From positions 1 to 32,027 of the forward strand of contig NW_025213323.1 of NCBI RefSeq assembly GCF_004010195.1: a stretch of DNA of 32,027 nucleotides, given 5' to 3'. This DNA comes from Chiloscyllium plagiosum (lineage: Eukaryota). Positions 1-11,565 of the stretch are shown piece after piece. The notes under the pieces were generated by a model. It was not told where the DNA came from, ran no database searches, and worked only from the letters and a program-made list of their open reading frames with translations. The position numbers and the translations under genes are program-made. Position 1 is the stretch's first letter, and each line of letters opens with the position of its first letter.

Positions 1-295
1 GAGGGAAGGTAGGTAGGATCTAAATTGATATGTTTATTTATGGAGTTCTGGTTAGATTGCCATGCCTCTAAGAATTTTGTGCATGTCTTTGTTTCACCTG
101 TCCTAGGCTGTGTGTGTTGTCCCACATGTATAGCTTAAGTTTTAGATCTTATCATAGAAACCTTCGTGGTGGAGGGCCATATAGAAATCTCAAAGTGCAT
201 TTCACTTTGTAAACTTAAACTAATTCAAGGTTTGTTTGACAATATTTTTTCCCCATTCATTTTCCTCCATTGTTTTTCCTGACTTCTGCTCTTCT

Positions 296-385
296 TGCAG
301 ACAGTGGAAACGCCACTTCCCAGACCTCCATTGTTGCTTCTCTGAATTTAGGTGCCATAGTAGATGTGATCCATCAGTCCTTTGT
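296..385 (+). mobile_element. Possible ancient L2-type LINE reverse transcriptase fragment
   Basis: ORF 270..479 contains DSGNATSQTSIVASLNLGAIVDVIHQS, loosely like the L2 motif DSG...ILLDLSAAFDTVDH. Confidence 0.3.
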
Positions 386-1075
386 AATCACAAATCATAA
401 GGCACTTCAGGAACAAAATAAAGCAAGTTACATAGCAGAACAAAAATTGCAGACTGGTTTCCTTCACCTTGCATACTAAACCTGCCACACACTGATGAGC
501 CAAAGCTCTGGGTTAAAAAGCACTGAAGAAATTGTGCGTTAGTGATACTAAATGGGGAAATTATCTTGAACTATGATTATTCTATGTATTAGACCTCCCT
601 TAGGAAAGATTTTATGTCTGTATTTATTTGTACTGTCACATGGATGCTTTGTAAGTAATTTGACAGCATTTACAAAGGGCTCTAGTTTAGAGTTAGCAAT
701 AGAACCGCAGTGGGAATCTTCACCAAATCACTTGGCCTATGACCAGCTGATATTGGTAAGTCATAACTCTAGTGTCAAGTCCAAATTATAGAGAGCCCTC
801 AGAGGATGCATCTGAGAAGTGTCACAGATGTGTATAAGGAACTAAATATTGACTGTAGGATAGATTCAGCTGCAGAAAGGCAAATTTATTGCTCATAGTG
901 CAGAAAATCCTGTTGATGAGTGACCAGCATGTGAGTTGCACTTCCAGGTAGGGGAACTAGGCAAACTGTAATTATTTAAGAGCCAACTGGATATTATGAT
1001 CAGATTACTATAGATAAACTGAGATGGGATTAAAGGCTATTCATTTTTATACTTGTCTGCTGTTTGTGACAAAAA

Positions 1076-1200
1076 TGTGTGGCAGATGAAATTCAACACC
1101 AGGTGTGTAGAGATACATTTTGATAGGAGGAATGAGGACAGCTGTTTAAAATCCAAATGGTCCAATTTTAAAAGGGGCGCAGGAAAAGAGGCCTGGAACA
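1076..1200 (+). mobile_element. CR1-type LINE ORF2 fragment
   Basis: tggcagatgaaattcaacaccaggtgt...atacattttgataggaggaatgag encodes WQMKFNTRCVEIHFDRRNE, the CR1 WQM.FN..KC.V.HFGR.N block. Confidence 0.65.
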
Positions 1201-1417
1201 GTGTTTGAAGGTGAGAAAGACAAGTTTTTAACTAGTTTAGCATTCCCTCCTTCCTAAACAGCAGTAATATACTGAATGTAGCCTGCGCATTCTTCTGTAT
1301 AAATCCTCTCTCTGTTTATATGTAAATTATTGATTAGGTGATTTGAAATTTCAATCAAAAAGTAGTTGGAGCCACCTCCGTAGATTAAATGAATTTGTCA
1401 CAACTTGCTTTTTACAG

Positions 1418-1494
1418 GATGGACTTGTTCACACTTGCTTGGAGCCTGTGGAAATCCTTTATCTAACCATTGCTTACGATTGGTTCCTTTTTGG
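1418..1494 (+). CDS. MTMR14: MTMR14 coding exon (first in window; C-terminal part of phosphatase domain)
   Basis: ttttacag|GAT...TTTGG|gtgagt. Translates DGLVHTCLEPVEILYLTIAYDWFLF(G), matching recalled human MTMR14 DGLIHTSLKPTEILYLTVAYDWFLFG just after the HCISGWDRT motif. 77 nt, phase 0 to 2. Confidence 0.95.
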
Positions 1495-1667
1495 GTGAGT
1501 TTGTTTCATATCTCATAACAGCAGGGCTAGCACAGTAATTAGGTGACAATGCTACTGATGTGCTTTCTTCAGAAAGCAAACATCTGTGCATTCTGGCAGG
1601 ATTTTGTGAAATTATGAGGTATTAATATTCTGAATGTGTTTTACAACTGTCAAATTTCCAGCTTAAA

Positions 1668-2430
1668 AACATAGAATGATGTAGCACAAACAGGGCTCTT
1701 TCAGCATATCGTGTCTTTACAGGCACATTGATAGAGCTGTCTAGTTAGTCCAATTCTCCTGTTCTTTCCGATGAGCCCTGTAAATTATTTCAAATTGTTG
1801 TTATATTTTTTGAATGTTACTTCAGAGTCTACTTCCATCACCCATTTCGGGCAGTATGCTATAGATTATCATAACCCGATAGTTTATTCATGTGATCTCC
1901 TGATTCTTTTGCTAATAATCACAAATCGGTGTGTTTTGTGGTTACTGACTATTTGGTCATCAGAAACCATTTTTATTTATGTGCAAACTATTCATGATTT
2001 GCAACATCTGTATCAAATTCCACTTTCTCAGTCTCTCCATATACTTAAAAGTCCCCATTTATGATAAATATTCCATATCTTCTGAGACTTTGGCGTCCTT
2101 TCTATAATGCCCAGAATAGAACACATTATTCATGTTGAGGTCTGATCAGCGCTTTTACTAGTTTAGCACAGCTTCCTTCCTTCCTTCCTTGTGCTTTATT
2201 GCTCTCTTATAAAGTTAAAATCTCATGTGCATTTATAAAGTGCTTTCTCATCTTGACTTGGTGACTTTCAAAGTTACTGTCTCTGGCCTCTCTTTTCCTT
2301 TACCCCTTTAAAATTTGTGTCATTTAGTTCATAATAGTTCTCCTCATTCTTTCCTACCAAATGTATTACTGCACAATTGTGTTGAATTTAATTTGCCGCA
2401 TGTCTGCTTGCTTTTACTAATCTGTCTCCC
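1668..2430 (-). mobile_element. Degraded CR1-type LINE 3' portion
   Basis: Begins with the antisense CR1 tail (aaacatagaatgatgtagcacaaacagggctctttcagc). The reverse complement of 2285-2402 aligns with the CR1 block at 1076-1193. Confidence 0.6.
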
Positions 2431-2477
2431 TGAATTCTGGTACACCTGTATTTTTTTTTAAGCTTTTAAATTATCGT

Positions 2478-2800
2478 GGGCGGCACGGTGGCACAGTGGC
2501 TAGCACTGCTGCCTCACAGCGCCTGAGACCCAGGTTCAATTCCCGCCTCAGGCGACAGACTGTGTGGAGTTTGCACGTTCTCCCCGTGTCTGCGTGGGTT
2601 TCCTCCGGGTGCTCCGGTTTCCTCCCACAGGCCAAAAGATGTGCAGGGTCAGGTGAATTGGCCATGCTAAATTGCCCGTACTGTTAGGTAAGGGGTAAAT
2701 GTAGGGGGTATGGGTGGGTTTCGCTTCGGCGGGTCGGTGTGGACTTGTTGGGCCGAAGGGCCTGTTTCCACACTGTAATGTAATCTAAATCTAATCTAAA
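2478..2800 (+). mobile_element. HE1-type tRNA-derived V-SINE, apparently full length and young
   Basis: gggcggcacggtggcacagtgg (A box), ggttcaattcc (B box), V-domain tgtgtggagtttgcacgttctccccgtgtctgcgtgggtttcctccgggtgctccggtttcctcccaca, CR1-like tail gggccgaagggcctgtttccacactgta and taatct repeats. CpGs are well preserved. Confidence 0.9.
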
Positions 2801-2839
2801 ATTAAACACTTTAGACCCAAGTCCAAATTATAGATCAAA

Positions 2840-3188
2840 AATAGTGATATTGCCACTGGGCTCATGCTTTTGAGGGCAGGTGTGCACATCCTGCCGTGGT
2901 AGTTGATGGAATTTAAATTCAATTAATAAATGTAGAACATAAAGCAAGTCTCAGAAATTGCGGCCATGACAGCTATTGCTAATTGTTGTAAAATCTGCAA
3001 TGATCGTGTCCTTTAGGGGAACAAATCTGCCATTCTTATCAGGTCTGGCTTTCATTTTTCTCCGGTCCCACAATAATGTGGTTGATTTTTAACTGCCTTC
3101 TGAAATGGCCAGCACTCGACCAACTCACTTAGGGGTGGGCAACAAATGCTGGTCTTGCTGATAATGTGCACGTCTCATTAAAGAATAA
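2840..3188 (+). mobile_element. Older shark SINE (SacSINE1-like) with LINE-derived 3' tail
   Basis: Recognisable core gtcctttagggg...aaatctgccattcttatcaggtctggc...aatgtggttgatttttaactgccttctgaaatggcc. Its tail ttaggggtgggcaacaaatgctgg...aagaataa resembles the LINE tail at 14523-14613 (minus). Family name is from memory. Confidence 0.65.
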
Positions 3189-3429
3189 TGGGGAGAAAAG
3201 GCTGAAGAGTTGGCCCTTGGATTATGTGGATGGCACTGAATGAGCCACGCTGCTGCCCAGGAGGTTTTCTTGCATTCAGGACTACAGACTTGAGAACATT
3301 TTAATTATTGACGTTCAGTTCAATGCGGAGCAGAGCAAAGAAGTAGTTAGAACATGCTGTGCAGAATTGTAAGAAACTGGCGCAGAGTGGTAGAGCCCTG
3401 TTGTATAAATAAGTCTTCAAACTTTCATT

Positions 3430-3731
3430 GTAATAGAAGCAGGAGTAGGCTATTTGGCCTGTCGAGTCTGCTCCACCATTCCTTACGATCATGGCTGATC
3501 TATTCAACCTCTCAGCTCCCCCTCCCTGCATTATCCCCATAACCTTAATTCCCCTAACATGCAAAAAACCATCCACTGTGTCGTGAATATATTTAATGAA
3601 GCTGCCTCTACTGCTTCCTTGAGGAGAATTCCAGATTCACTACTCTCTGGGAAAAGTAGTTCCTCCTCATCTCTGTCCTAAATCTACTTCCCCTAATCTT
3701 GAGGCCATGCCCCCTAGTTCTAGTCTCTCCC
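3430..3731 (-). mobile_element. CR1-type LINE 3' end
   Basis: atagaagcaggagtaggctatttggcctgtcgagtctgctccaccattc...gatcatggctgatc is the antisense CR1 3'UTR. ORF 3301..3576 MDGFLHVRGIKV resembles the CR1 ORF2 C-terminus. Confidence 0.85.
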
Positions 3732-3902
3732 ATGGCCAGTTACAACCAGCTTGCCTCTTCAAATTCTGTTAACTAAAAGGGATAGTGAATACTCAGCTCA
3801 TCTAAAGAAGGGCGTGTTGACCGTTCTGCAATAACTTGTATGATTGTTACAGACAACTTGAATCCATTATGTAGGTTCACTCATGTTTATATGTATTTGC
3901 AG

Positions 3903-3939
3903 GCATATGTTGTCCGATAGACTAAGCAAGGGAGAGGAG
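3903..3939 (+). CDS. MTMR14: MTMR14 coding exon 2 in window
   Basis: tttgcag|G CAT ATG...GAG|gtgagt. (G)HMLSDRLSKGEE vs human GHMLVDRLSKGEE. 37 nt, phase 2 to 0. Confidence 0.95.
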
Positions 3940-4484
3940 GTGAGTCAAAAACTAGAGAAATTGATAATTAAAGTTGACATTAATGTGACTGCTTCGGGTT
4001 ACAGAATTTAGTTTGATAACCTGCTAATATTATATTTATCAACATAACTGCAATAAAGTTGACAATTAGTTGATTTTGTAAAGATTTGTGCTATGACCGA
4101 CTGTGCATTTATGTTAATCAGAAAACCATCAGTGCATTGCATTGTGAATATTGCTGTAGCTTGCAAAATTGCTCCTGGAATATGTGGCATAAAGAATCCC
4201 TTATAAGCAAAGAATTCAGTCACTTAAGTTTGGAATTTTAGGTTATTTTTTGATAGTGTGTGAATATAGAAAAAAAATCTGAATTTTGCCTCCAATAAGG
4301 ACGAAGGAATGGTACGTCTTTAAATGTTATTTACTCCAATTGTGAAAACGTTTGTAAAACTGGATCCTACCAGGAGGTGGTGCTTTTACACTGTTCAGGG
4401 AAATACACTGCAAGCAATGTACATACTTCAATATCACCACCTGCTGATGGAAAATGTTACTGCGGGAAACCAACATTGTTAAAT

Positions 4485-4622
4485 TCAAAAACAGTGCGAA
4501 ATCTGAAATAAGTAACTGAAAATGCTGAAGAACAGGATTATTGGTTTTCAAATATTAAATTGAACTTCTCTTTCCAGGTGTTGGCAGTCCTGCCGTGTAT
4601 TTCCAGCATTGTCTGCTTATTA
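4485..4622. mobile_element. Degraded Penelope pLTR-derived inverted-repeat element
   Basis: aaatctgaaataagtaactgaaaatgctgaa and cctgccgtgtatttccagcattgtctgcttat form inverted arms, similar to 13334-13503. Confidence 0.5.
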
Positions 4623-4863
4623 ATCTGATTTATTTTAAGCAAAAGGTTTTGGCTGGGGTGGTGGGGACCTTTGTAGTTGTGAAGAAGCCAATTTTGAAGA
4701 CTATTCTAGATACAAAGCATTTTTTATTCTGTATATTGAATTATTTCTGAATACTTCAGCGTGTATAACTTTGCATTCTCAAAGCTGAGATTGTGTTGAG
4801 CAATTGTGGGGAATCGCACAAGGGATCCTGAAATGTAATAACAAGTTTCCTTTGTTTTTTCAG

Positions 4864-4934
4864 ATTTTCTTCTTCTGCTTCAATTTTTTGAAGCACATCA
4901 CCTCAGAAGAATTCTCTGTAATAAAGAAATCCAG
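4864..4934 (+). CDS. MTMR14: MTMR14 coding exon 3 in window
   Basis: ttttttcag|ATT...TCCAG|gtagga. IFFFCFNFLKHITSEEFSVIKKS(R) vs human IFFFCFNFLKHITSEEFSALKTQR. 71 nt, phase 0 to 2. Confidence 0.95.
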
Positions 4935-5000
4935 GTAGGAATCTTTTTTTTTCTCTGCAGGATTGGTGTAAAAAGAAACTATTGAACTGATGCTGCAGTG

Positions 5001-5790
5001 ATAAAAGAAACAGATGTAGGCATTCAGCCTCACAAACCTGTTCCTTAATTCAACCTATTTCTGATCTGTGACCTAAGTCCATAAACTTTGTTTTGCCCTA
5101 CACCCCTCTTAATATCTTTGGTTAACCAAAATGTATTAATCTCCATTACTAATACCCATGGCATCAATTACTATTTCTGGAAGACTATTCTAAATTTCTA
5201 CCATCCTTTTTTTTTGTGTGTAGAAATTTTTCTCATGTCACTCTTTAAAGGCCTGCCTCTAAAATTTAGACTTTGCCTACCTAACCTTAAAAATCTTTCC
5301 CATTAACAAGCTGAAAAATAATTTATATCTATATGTTTCCCTTAATATCTTGAAAACCGCTCAAATTTTGTTTTAGTCTCTAACTTTAGTGAATGAAGCT
5401 GTAGTTTGTATAATCTCTTCTCCTCATAATTTAACTTTTGGAGTCTGGAAATCGTTGTGGTAAACTTACACTGCACTCACTCCTATATCAGTATATCCTT
5501 CCTAAAGGTCTAGTCACCAAGGCTGCTCATGGTACTCCAGCTTAGAACTATGAGTGCTTTGTATAAAGATCACAGTTCCATTTGATGTTTTGATTATCTT
5601 GTATCACTGTTTCGCTTTTTAATCATCTTTATACCTGGTTACTCCAATCTGGACCTCAACTGTTTCTAGCTTTTCACATTAGCTGGTACTGTCTTTTTGA
5701 AGACTAAAGTACCTGACATCATATTTCCCTGCACCGAAATCTATTTGCCACAGTCATGCCTTTCACTTGCCTATTAAAGCTGCTTTGCAG
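5001..5790 (-). mobile_element. Degraded CR1-type LINE 3' portion
   Basis: aaacagatgtaggcattcagcc tail, aatcgttgtggtaaacttacactgcactcactcc, and aaatctatttgccac (antisense WQ..F) occur in the expected CR1 order. Confidence 0.65.
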
Positions 5791-5879
5791 CAAGAGTAGT
5801 TTATACTTAATCATTTTACATGCAAAAGTAAAGAAAGCTAAGCAACAAATCAAACAGGGAAACCTGTGGCACATATTAG

Positions 5880-7600
5880 TTTTTTTTTGTGGGATCTAAG
5901 TGTTGCTGGCAAGGTCGGCCCATCCCCCGCGAAGATGGTGGTGAACTTCATGAACCATCGTAGTCTCTTGTGTAGGTATAACCACAGTACTGTTTGGAAG
6001 AGGACGGTCAGGTCTCTGTCTGACCACAGTGATGGAACAGTGACAAAGTTCCAGATCAAGATGATGTCTAATTTAGAGGGGAGCTTGCAGGTGGTGTTGT
6101 TATCAAGCTGCCCTTGTCTTATAAATGATAAATGTCATGGATTACGAGACTTTGTTGGAGGCTGAGAAATTTGATACACTATTGCAACGTGCACCACCAG
6201 TTGGTGGAATAAATGTACAATGTGGTGTGTTGCTTTGTCCTTGGAGGTGTCGAATCTCTTTAGATTTGTTGGGGCTGTGTTTGTCATGGCAAATGGAGAG
6301 AATTACATTGTATTCCTAACTTGTGCCTTATTGGTGAACAGGATCTGACAATCCAGAGGTAAGTTACATAGCACAGAATCCCTAACCTTCTGACCTGTAG
6401 TTTAGCTACAGTATTTAAATAGCTGGTCCAATTTATTTTCTGCTCAATGTAACCCCCCATGATGTTGATAATAAGGGATTCCGGGATGGTAACGCAGTTG
6501 CCTGTCAAAGGGTGATGGTTAGATTATCTCTCATTGGAGATAATAATTATTGACCAGTATTTATCAGACACTACTAATAACTGCCAGATATCAGTCCAAG
6601 CCGAGGGCACTAGTTCAAAATCAAAAGGAGTCTCAAATAATATTGAACGTAGTATATTCGTCATGAGTACACATCCCCACCTCTGAGCAAATGATGGATC
6701 AAAGGTCTTTGAAGCAACAAAAGATAGTTGCTTTCAGGATACTTCCTTGAAGAAATACTGTAGCATTGTGCTGGCACAGACAGAAACAAAAACTAGTGCA
6801 ACCATCTTCTATTGTACTAGATATAACTCCAACTAATGGAGACTTTTTCCCATTATTCCCATTGACCATTTTTTTCCCACTAATGCCCCACTTGTTCAAA
6901 AGATGCCTAGGATTGAGGGCAGTCACTTTCATGTTATGCTGTGAATTCAATCCTTTTGCTGTTGTTTGGGCCAAGGTCTCAATGCGAGCTAGAGCTAGAG
7001 GACCCTGGTAGAACTGATTTGCGTATTTCATTGCTGAATAAATTTCACTTGATAGCAATGCTAATAATTTAGAATAGATCAATGGGACAGTAATTGGCAG
7101 ATTAGATTGTGCTCTTTTTATGGAAATTATGTATTAAAACGTTTCTGCATTGTTGGATGAACAAACTTGGCTAGGGAGACACCTGGTTCTGGGACTCAAA
7201 TTGTCAAAACCTCTACTGTGATGTTGTTAGCACCCCTGGTTTTTGCTGAATCTAGTGCCTTCAACCATTTCTTAATATCATGTGATGTAAATAAAATTGT
7301 CTGAAGACTGACATCTGTGATGCTGCAAGCCTGAGCATGAGGCCAAGATTGATCAGTTCTGGCTGAAGCTGCTTACAAACACTTGGGCCCATTGCTTTGC
7401 ACTAATTGCTGGAATCCCGGTCATTGAGGATAAGGCTATAATGTGAAACCTCCTTCACAAGTTGGATGTGACAGGACTTGAGAACTTTGATCCAATACAT
7501 TGGTTGTGGTTTTGCTTAGATCTGTTGATTGAATGTTCCTTCCACTTTAAAGCATTCATGTAGTGGTAGCAACTCAGTTGTGTTTTGGTAGTGTTTTGCA
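5880..7600 (-). mobile_element. Degraded non-LTR retrotransposon (L2/CR1 group), about 1.7 kb 3' part
   Basis: ORF 6284..6508 QKINWTSYLNTVAKLQVRRLGIL is a LINE ORF2 C-terminal block. Collinear with the copy at 14523-15795, e.g. ctgaagactgacatctgtgatgctg vs ctgaagaccagcatatgtgatgctg. Confidence 0.75.
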
Positions 7601-7869
7601 GGTACGAGAGTTGGTTAAATTTTTTTAAACTAAAAAAATAGATGGTCTCAGATGGTCATTAATATTCTCCAAGTTAGTTTTCATAGCTAATTCACCTTAT
7701 ATTAGGAAAACCGAATATGTGCTCATTTAGTTCCTGTGAAAAATCTAACCTTTTTTATTCTGTTCCTTTCCTGAGATTGCATCAAATGTTAAATAATTTG
7801 TGTTTGATCCAGAGGTTAAATTCAAATATTTTGTTTATCCCTTAATAAGAGACCTCACTTCCAAACCTG

Positions 7870-8360
7870 TAACATTGCCCGTTTCTGCCTATAAAGCACC
7901 CTGCTGATGCTGCTGAAATCCTTATTGTAGTTTTCATGACCTCCATGCTATACTTCTCTTAATACTGCCTTGCTAGGCTCCTGAATGTTCAAACAAACAG
8001 ATCTCCAGCTCCTGTGCTGCAGTAGGTTCACATGTCCCCCCACTTCATATTCTTGTAAATTATCGTCGCTTATTTGAGTCCCACCCCCATAATACTGAGT
8101 TCACAAAATTCCTTCATGTTCTTGACCCTATTTACATTTAATCTTCCCCAGTCTTTTTCACCAACTGCAGCCTCTGAAGTTGTCTCTCCTTCCTATTCTC
8201 GAACTTTTTTTTCCTAAATCTCTTATCCTTGCTGCTGCTTCTACCTTGAAATGTTGCTGTGTAACCTTTGTTTATATTTTTAGTTTCTCTCCTAACTTGA
8301 CACCTATTTCTAACATGCGAGAAGCCATGGGATACTTGTGTTAAGAGTTGCAAATTGTTG
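7870..8360 (+). mobile_element. Ancient L2 LINE 3' fragment
   Basis: From about 7906 it reads DAAEILIVVFMTSMLYFS*YCLARLL, like L2 AAE.LIHAFITSRLDY.N.LLAGLP. An L2-like 3' end gagaagccatgggatac lies near 8320. Confidence 0.55.
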
Positions 8361-9183
8361 ATTCTCAGTGAAATGTTGCTTACCTTGTGTAAACAGAGCG
8401 TTCCACTTCATGGTCAGGAAAGTCTGAAAACTACCTTGCAACAATACGATTAACCAGATAGTCAAATATCTAGCAATCTTAGCAGCAGGCTTATACAATC
8501 TTGTAAGAAGACATGAAAGTATTTGGGAGAGAGGTGCTGAGCTTTAATTTCCAAGTATGGCTGCTATATATTACATAGAAGAAATCTCAGTAGAAATTTA
8601 CGCAGTGATTGAAATGGAAGAAAACAGGTTGGAGGGCAGAGAGTTTGGTTGTATCGCCACTCAGTGGTTATAATGTAATGGCAACAAGAGATGAATATTT
8701 AATAATGCAACATCTGCTTTACTACATAGAATTCTGCTAGTATTTTACTTTTTTATTGACCTACCCAGCGGGATAATGCTTTGTGATGTTAGTAGCAGGG
8801 TTTCAGATTGAAAAACTGCCCTAAGTAGGAAGCTCATTTCTAAATTTACAGTATTTCATTTTATTTAAATATTTCCATAAAGTAGGTATGCAGGAAAATG
8901 TTTTCTCTGTCTAACTTTTATAGTTTTGAATCATGCATACTGTTTTGGTTTTATTCTTTTCCTCTGTATCCCTCACTCTTTCTCTTTCTCTTCTACTGTC
9001 TTGAGGGTTGTATTCATGATTCAGGTAGGTATCCAAAAGCACCCGAACTTGATTCGTAATATCAAAACATGAAGTATATTTGGAAAAAATGTATTTCAGT
9101 TTCTAATCTATTTTACAGCATTGCCATGCTTCGGATTTCTTACCCAGTTCTCAGAATCTGCTAAATATTGCCCTGTGCTGACA

Positions 9184-9215
9184 CTAACCCTAGCCCTAAC
9201 CCTAATCTAATCCTA
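9184..9215. repeat. Short degenerate (CCCTAA)n telomere-like repeat
   Basis: ctaaccctagccctaaccctaatctaatccta. Confidence 0.6.
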
Positions 9216-9504
9216 TTTTTCGCCAATCCTTCAAATGTTAAGTCCACATAGTAAACATGAGTGAAACCATCACATGACTTTGAAACACCATTTGCTGTGC
9301 TGTGAGACTTGAATTTACCTACTTGCTTCCAACATGTCTATTTCCACATTCCACAAACTGCTTATCTTTGCTATAATTGTGTGGCTCACCATGAAATAAG
9401 TTTTTTGAACAGATCTGTGCAAATTTACTTTTGTAGGCCAAGTTTACAAAGAAGTAAAACCTCCAGTCCATTGTCTTATGTATGACTGTTCATCTTCCTT
9501 GCAG

Positions 9505-9563
9505 AAGGAAGGCCGCGCATTGTAAAGAAGCTCAGTTCCCTATGGAAGATCTTTGTCTGCTAG
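9505..9563 (+). CDS. MTMR14: MTMR14 coding exon 4 in window
   Basis: cttccttgcag|AAGG...CTAG|gtaagc. (R)RKAAHCKEAQFPMEDLCLL vs human RRKSLPARDGGFTLEDICML. 59 nt, phase 2 to 1, compatible with both neighbours. Confidence 0.9.
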
Positions 9564-9974
9564 GTAAGCACAACCACTCCCCACATCCTCCTAAATCTAA
9601 AGAGAAGAAGCTTCTTGCAGTCTAGATTTGAGCTGTAAGTTACTTTTAATCAGAAATCTAATGTAATCCTTGTACCAAGAAGTGCCAGAAATGATTTGAT
9701 GTCTGTATGGTTACAACATTTGTATCGGCCGACAAGTTACAGAATAGCTGGAACTTAGTGAATGTGATAGAAGACTTTGCTGTATGTTGCAAGTCACAAT
9801 GGATTTCTGAAAGGTGAAAATAAATGAAGCTATGGATGTTGTAATGCAGTACAATTGTTCCTACTACGTTTACAAATCACTTTCTTCCCTCACTCACTCA
9901 AGGAATAGAGATAGAAATGGAATGTTGCAATCACAAAGTGCTGGCGAGAGTTCTTGGAAAATGAAATGCTGAAA

Positions 9975-11420
9975 TGCTTGTATCATTGTTAGTCATGGAA
10001 GAGGTGCCAGAAGACTGGAGGGTGGCTAATGTGCCATTATTTAAGAAAGGTAGTAAGTAAAAGCCAGGGAACTGTAGATCGATGAGCCTGACTTCAGTAG
10101 TGGGTACGTAGTTGGAAAAGATTCTGAGGGACAGGATCTACATGTATTTTGAAAGATAAGTGCTAATTAAGGATAGTCAACATGGCTTTCTGCATGGGGA
10201 AATTGTCTGACTAAGTTGACTGAGTTTTTTTTTGAAGAAGTAACAAAGATGATTGATGAAAGCAGAACAGTGGACATTGTATGGACTTTAGCGAGGTGTT
10301 TGACAAGGTTGGGTATGATAGACTGGTTTGCAAAATTAGGATGTAATCCAGGAAGAGCTAGCTATCTCGATACAAAATTAGTTTGAAGGTAGGAGTCAGA
10401 ATGTGGTGTAGAGGGTTTTTCAGACTGGAGGCATGTGACCAGCAGTATACCTCAAAGATTGGTGCTGGATCCATTATCATTCATATAAATGATTTGGAAG
10501 TGAGTGTAGGAGGTATGGTTAGTAAATATGCAGATGACTGCAAAATTGGTGTTGTATTGGACAGTGAAGAAAGATATCTCGGAGGACAATGGGACCTTGA
10601 TCAGGTGGGCAGATCCACCAAGGAGTGGCAGATGGAGTTTAATTTGTATCAATGAAAGGTGTTGCATTTTGGTAAGGCGTATCAGTGGAGGACTTATATA
10701 CTTAATGGTAAGGTCTTGGGGAATGTTGCTGGACAAAGACCTTGGGTTGGAGGTTCATAGTTTCTTGAAGTGGAGTTAGCGAAGAAGGTATTTGGTATAC
10801 TTGCCTTTCTTGTTTAGTGCATTGAGTATAGGAGTTGGGAGGTCACGTTGTGGCTGTACAGGACATTGGTTAGGCCACGTTCGTAATACTGCATTCAATT
10901 CTGACCTCCCTGCCATAGGAAAGATGTTGTGAAACTTGAAAGGGTGCAGAAAAGATTTACCAGGATGTTGCCAGAACATTTCAGCTATAGGAAGAGGCTG
11001 GATAGGATGGGGTTCTTTTCCCTGGTGCATCAGAGGCTGAGGGTGATCTTTACAGAGGCTTAGTAAATCATGAGGGGCATAGATAGAGTGAATAACCAAA
11101 GCCTTTTTCCCCAGAGTAGGGTAGGAGCTGTCCAAAGGCATAGGTTTAAGGGGAGAGGAGCAAGATTTAAAAGAAACCTAAGGGGTAACTGTTTCATGCA
11201 GAGGGTGGTGCGTGAGTGGAATAAGCTCCCAGAGGAAGTGGTGGAGGCTGGTGCAAAGCCAATATTTAATAGGCACCTGGATGAGTATATCAATAGGAAA
11301 GGTTTGAAGGGATATAAGCCAAATGTTGGCAAATGGGATTAGATTAATTTATGATTTGTGGTTGGCATGGATGAGTTGGATTAAAGGGTCTGTTTCCATG
11401 CTGTACAACTCCAAGACTCT
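9975..11420 (+). mobile_element. CR1 LINE (HER1-like), 5'-truncated, about 1.45 kb, decayed RT plus 3'UTR
   Basis: gaagaggtgccagaagactggagggtggctaat (EVPEDWRVAN). ORF 10383..10655 has SKYADDCKIG. ORF 11070..11342 has MRGIDRVN...FMQRVVREWNKLPEEVVEA. The tail aagggtctgtttccatgctgta resembles the HE1 tail. Several stops and frameshifts. Confidence 0.92.
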
Positions 11421-11432
11421 ATTCCTAAATGA

Positions 11433-11565
11433 AAGGAGAAAGTGAGGACTGCAGATGCTGGAGAGTCAGTCAAAATGTGTGGCAGTGGGAAAAAACGCAG
11501 CAGGTCAGGCAACATCCAAGGAGCAGGGGAGTCGACATTTCAGGCATAAGCCCTTGTCAGGAATG
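11433..11565 (-). mobile_element. Solo Penelope pLTR-derived insert with degenerate hammerhead core and about 15 bp TSD
   Basis: Aligns with the terminus of the Penelope copy at 21346-21480. Flanked by TCTATTCCTAAATGA (11418-11432) and TCTATGACTAAATGA (11566-11580). Confidence 0.8.
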
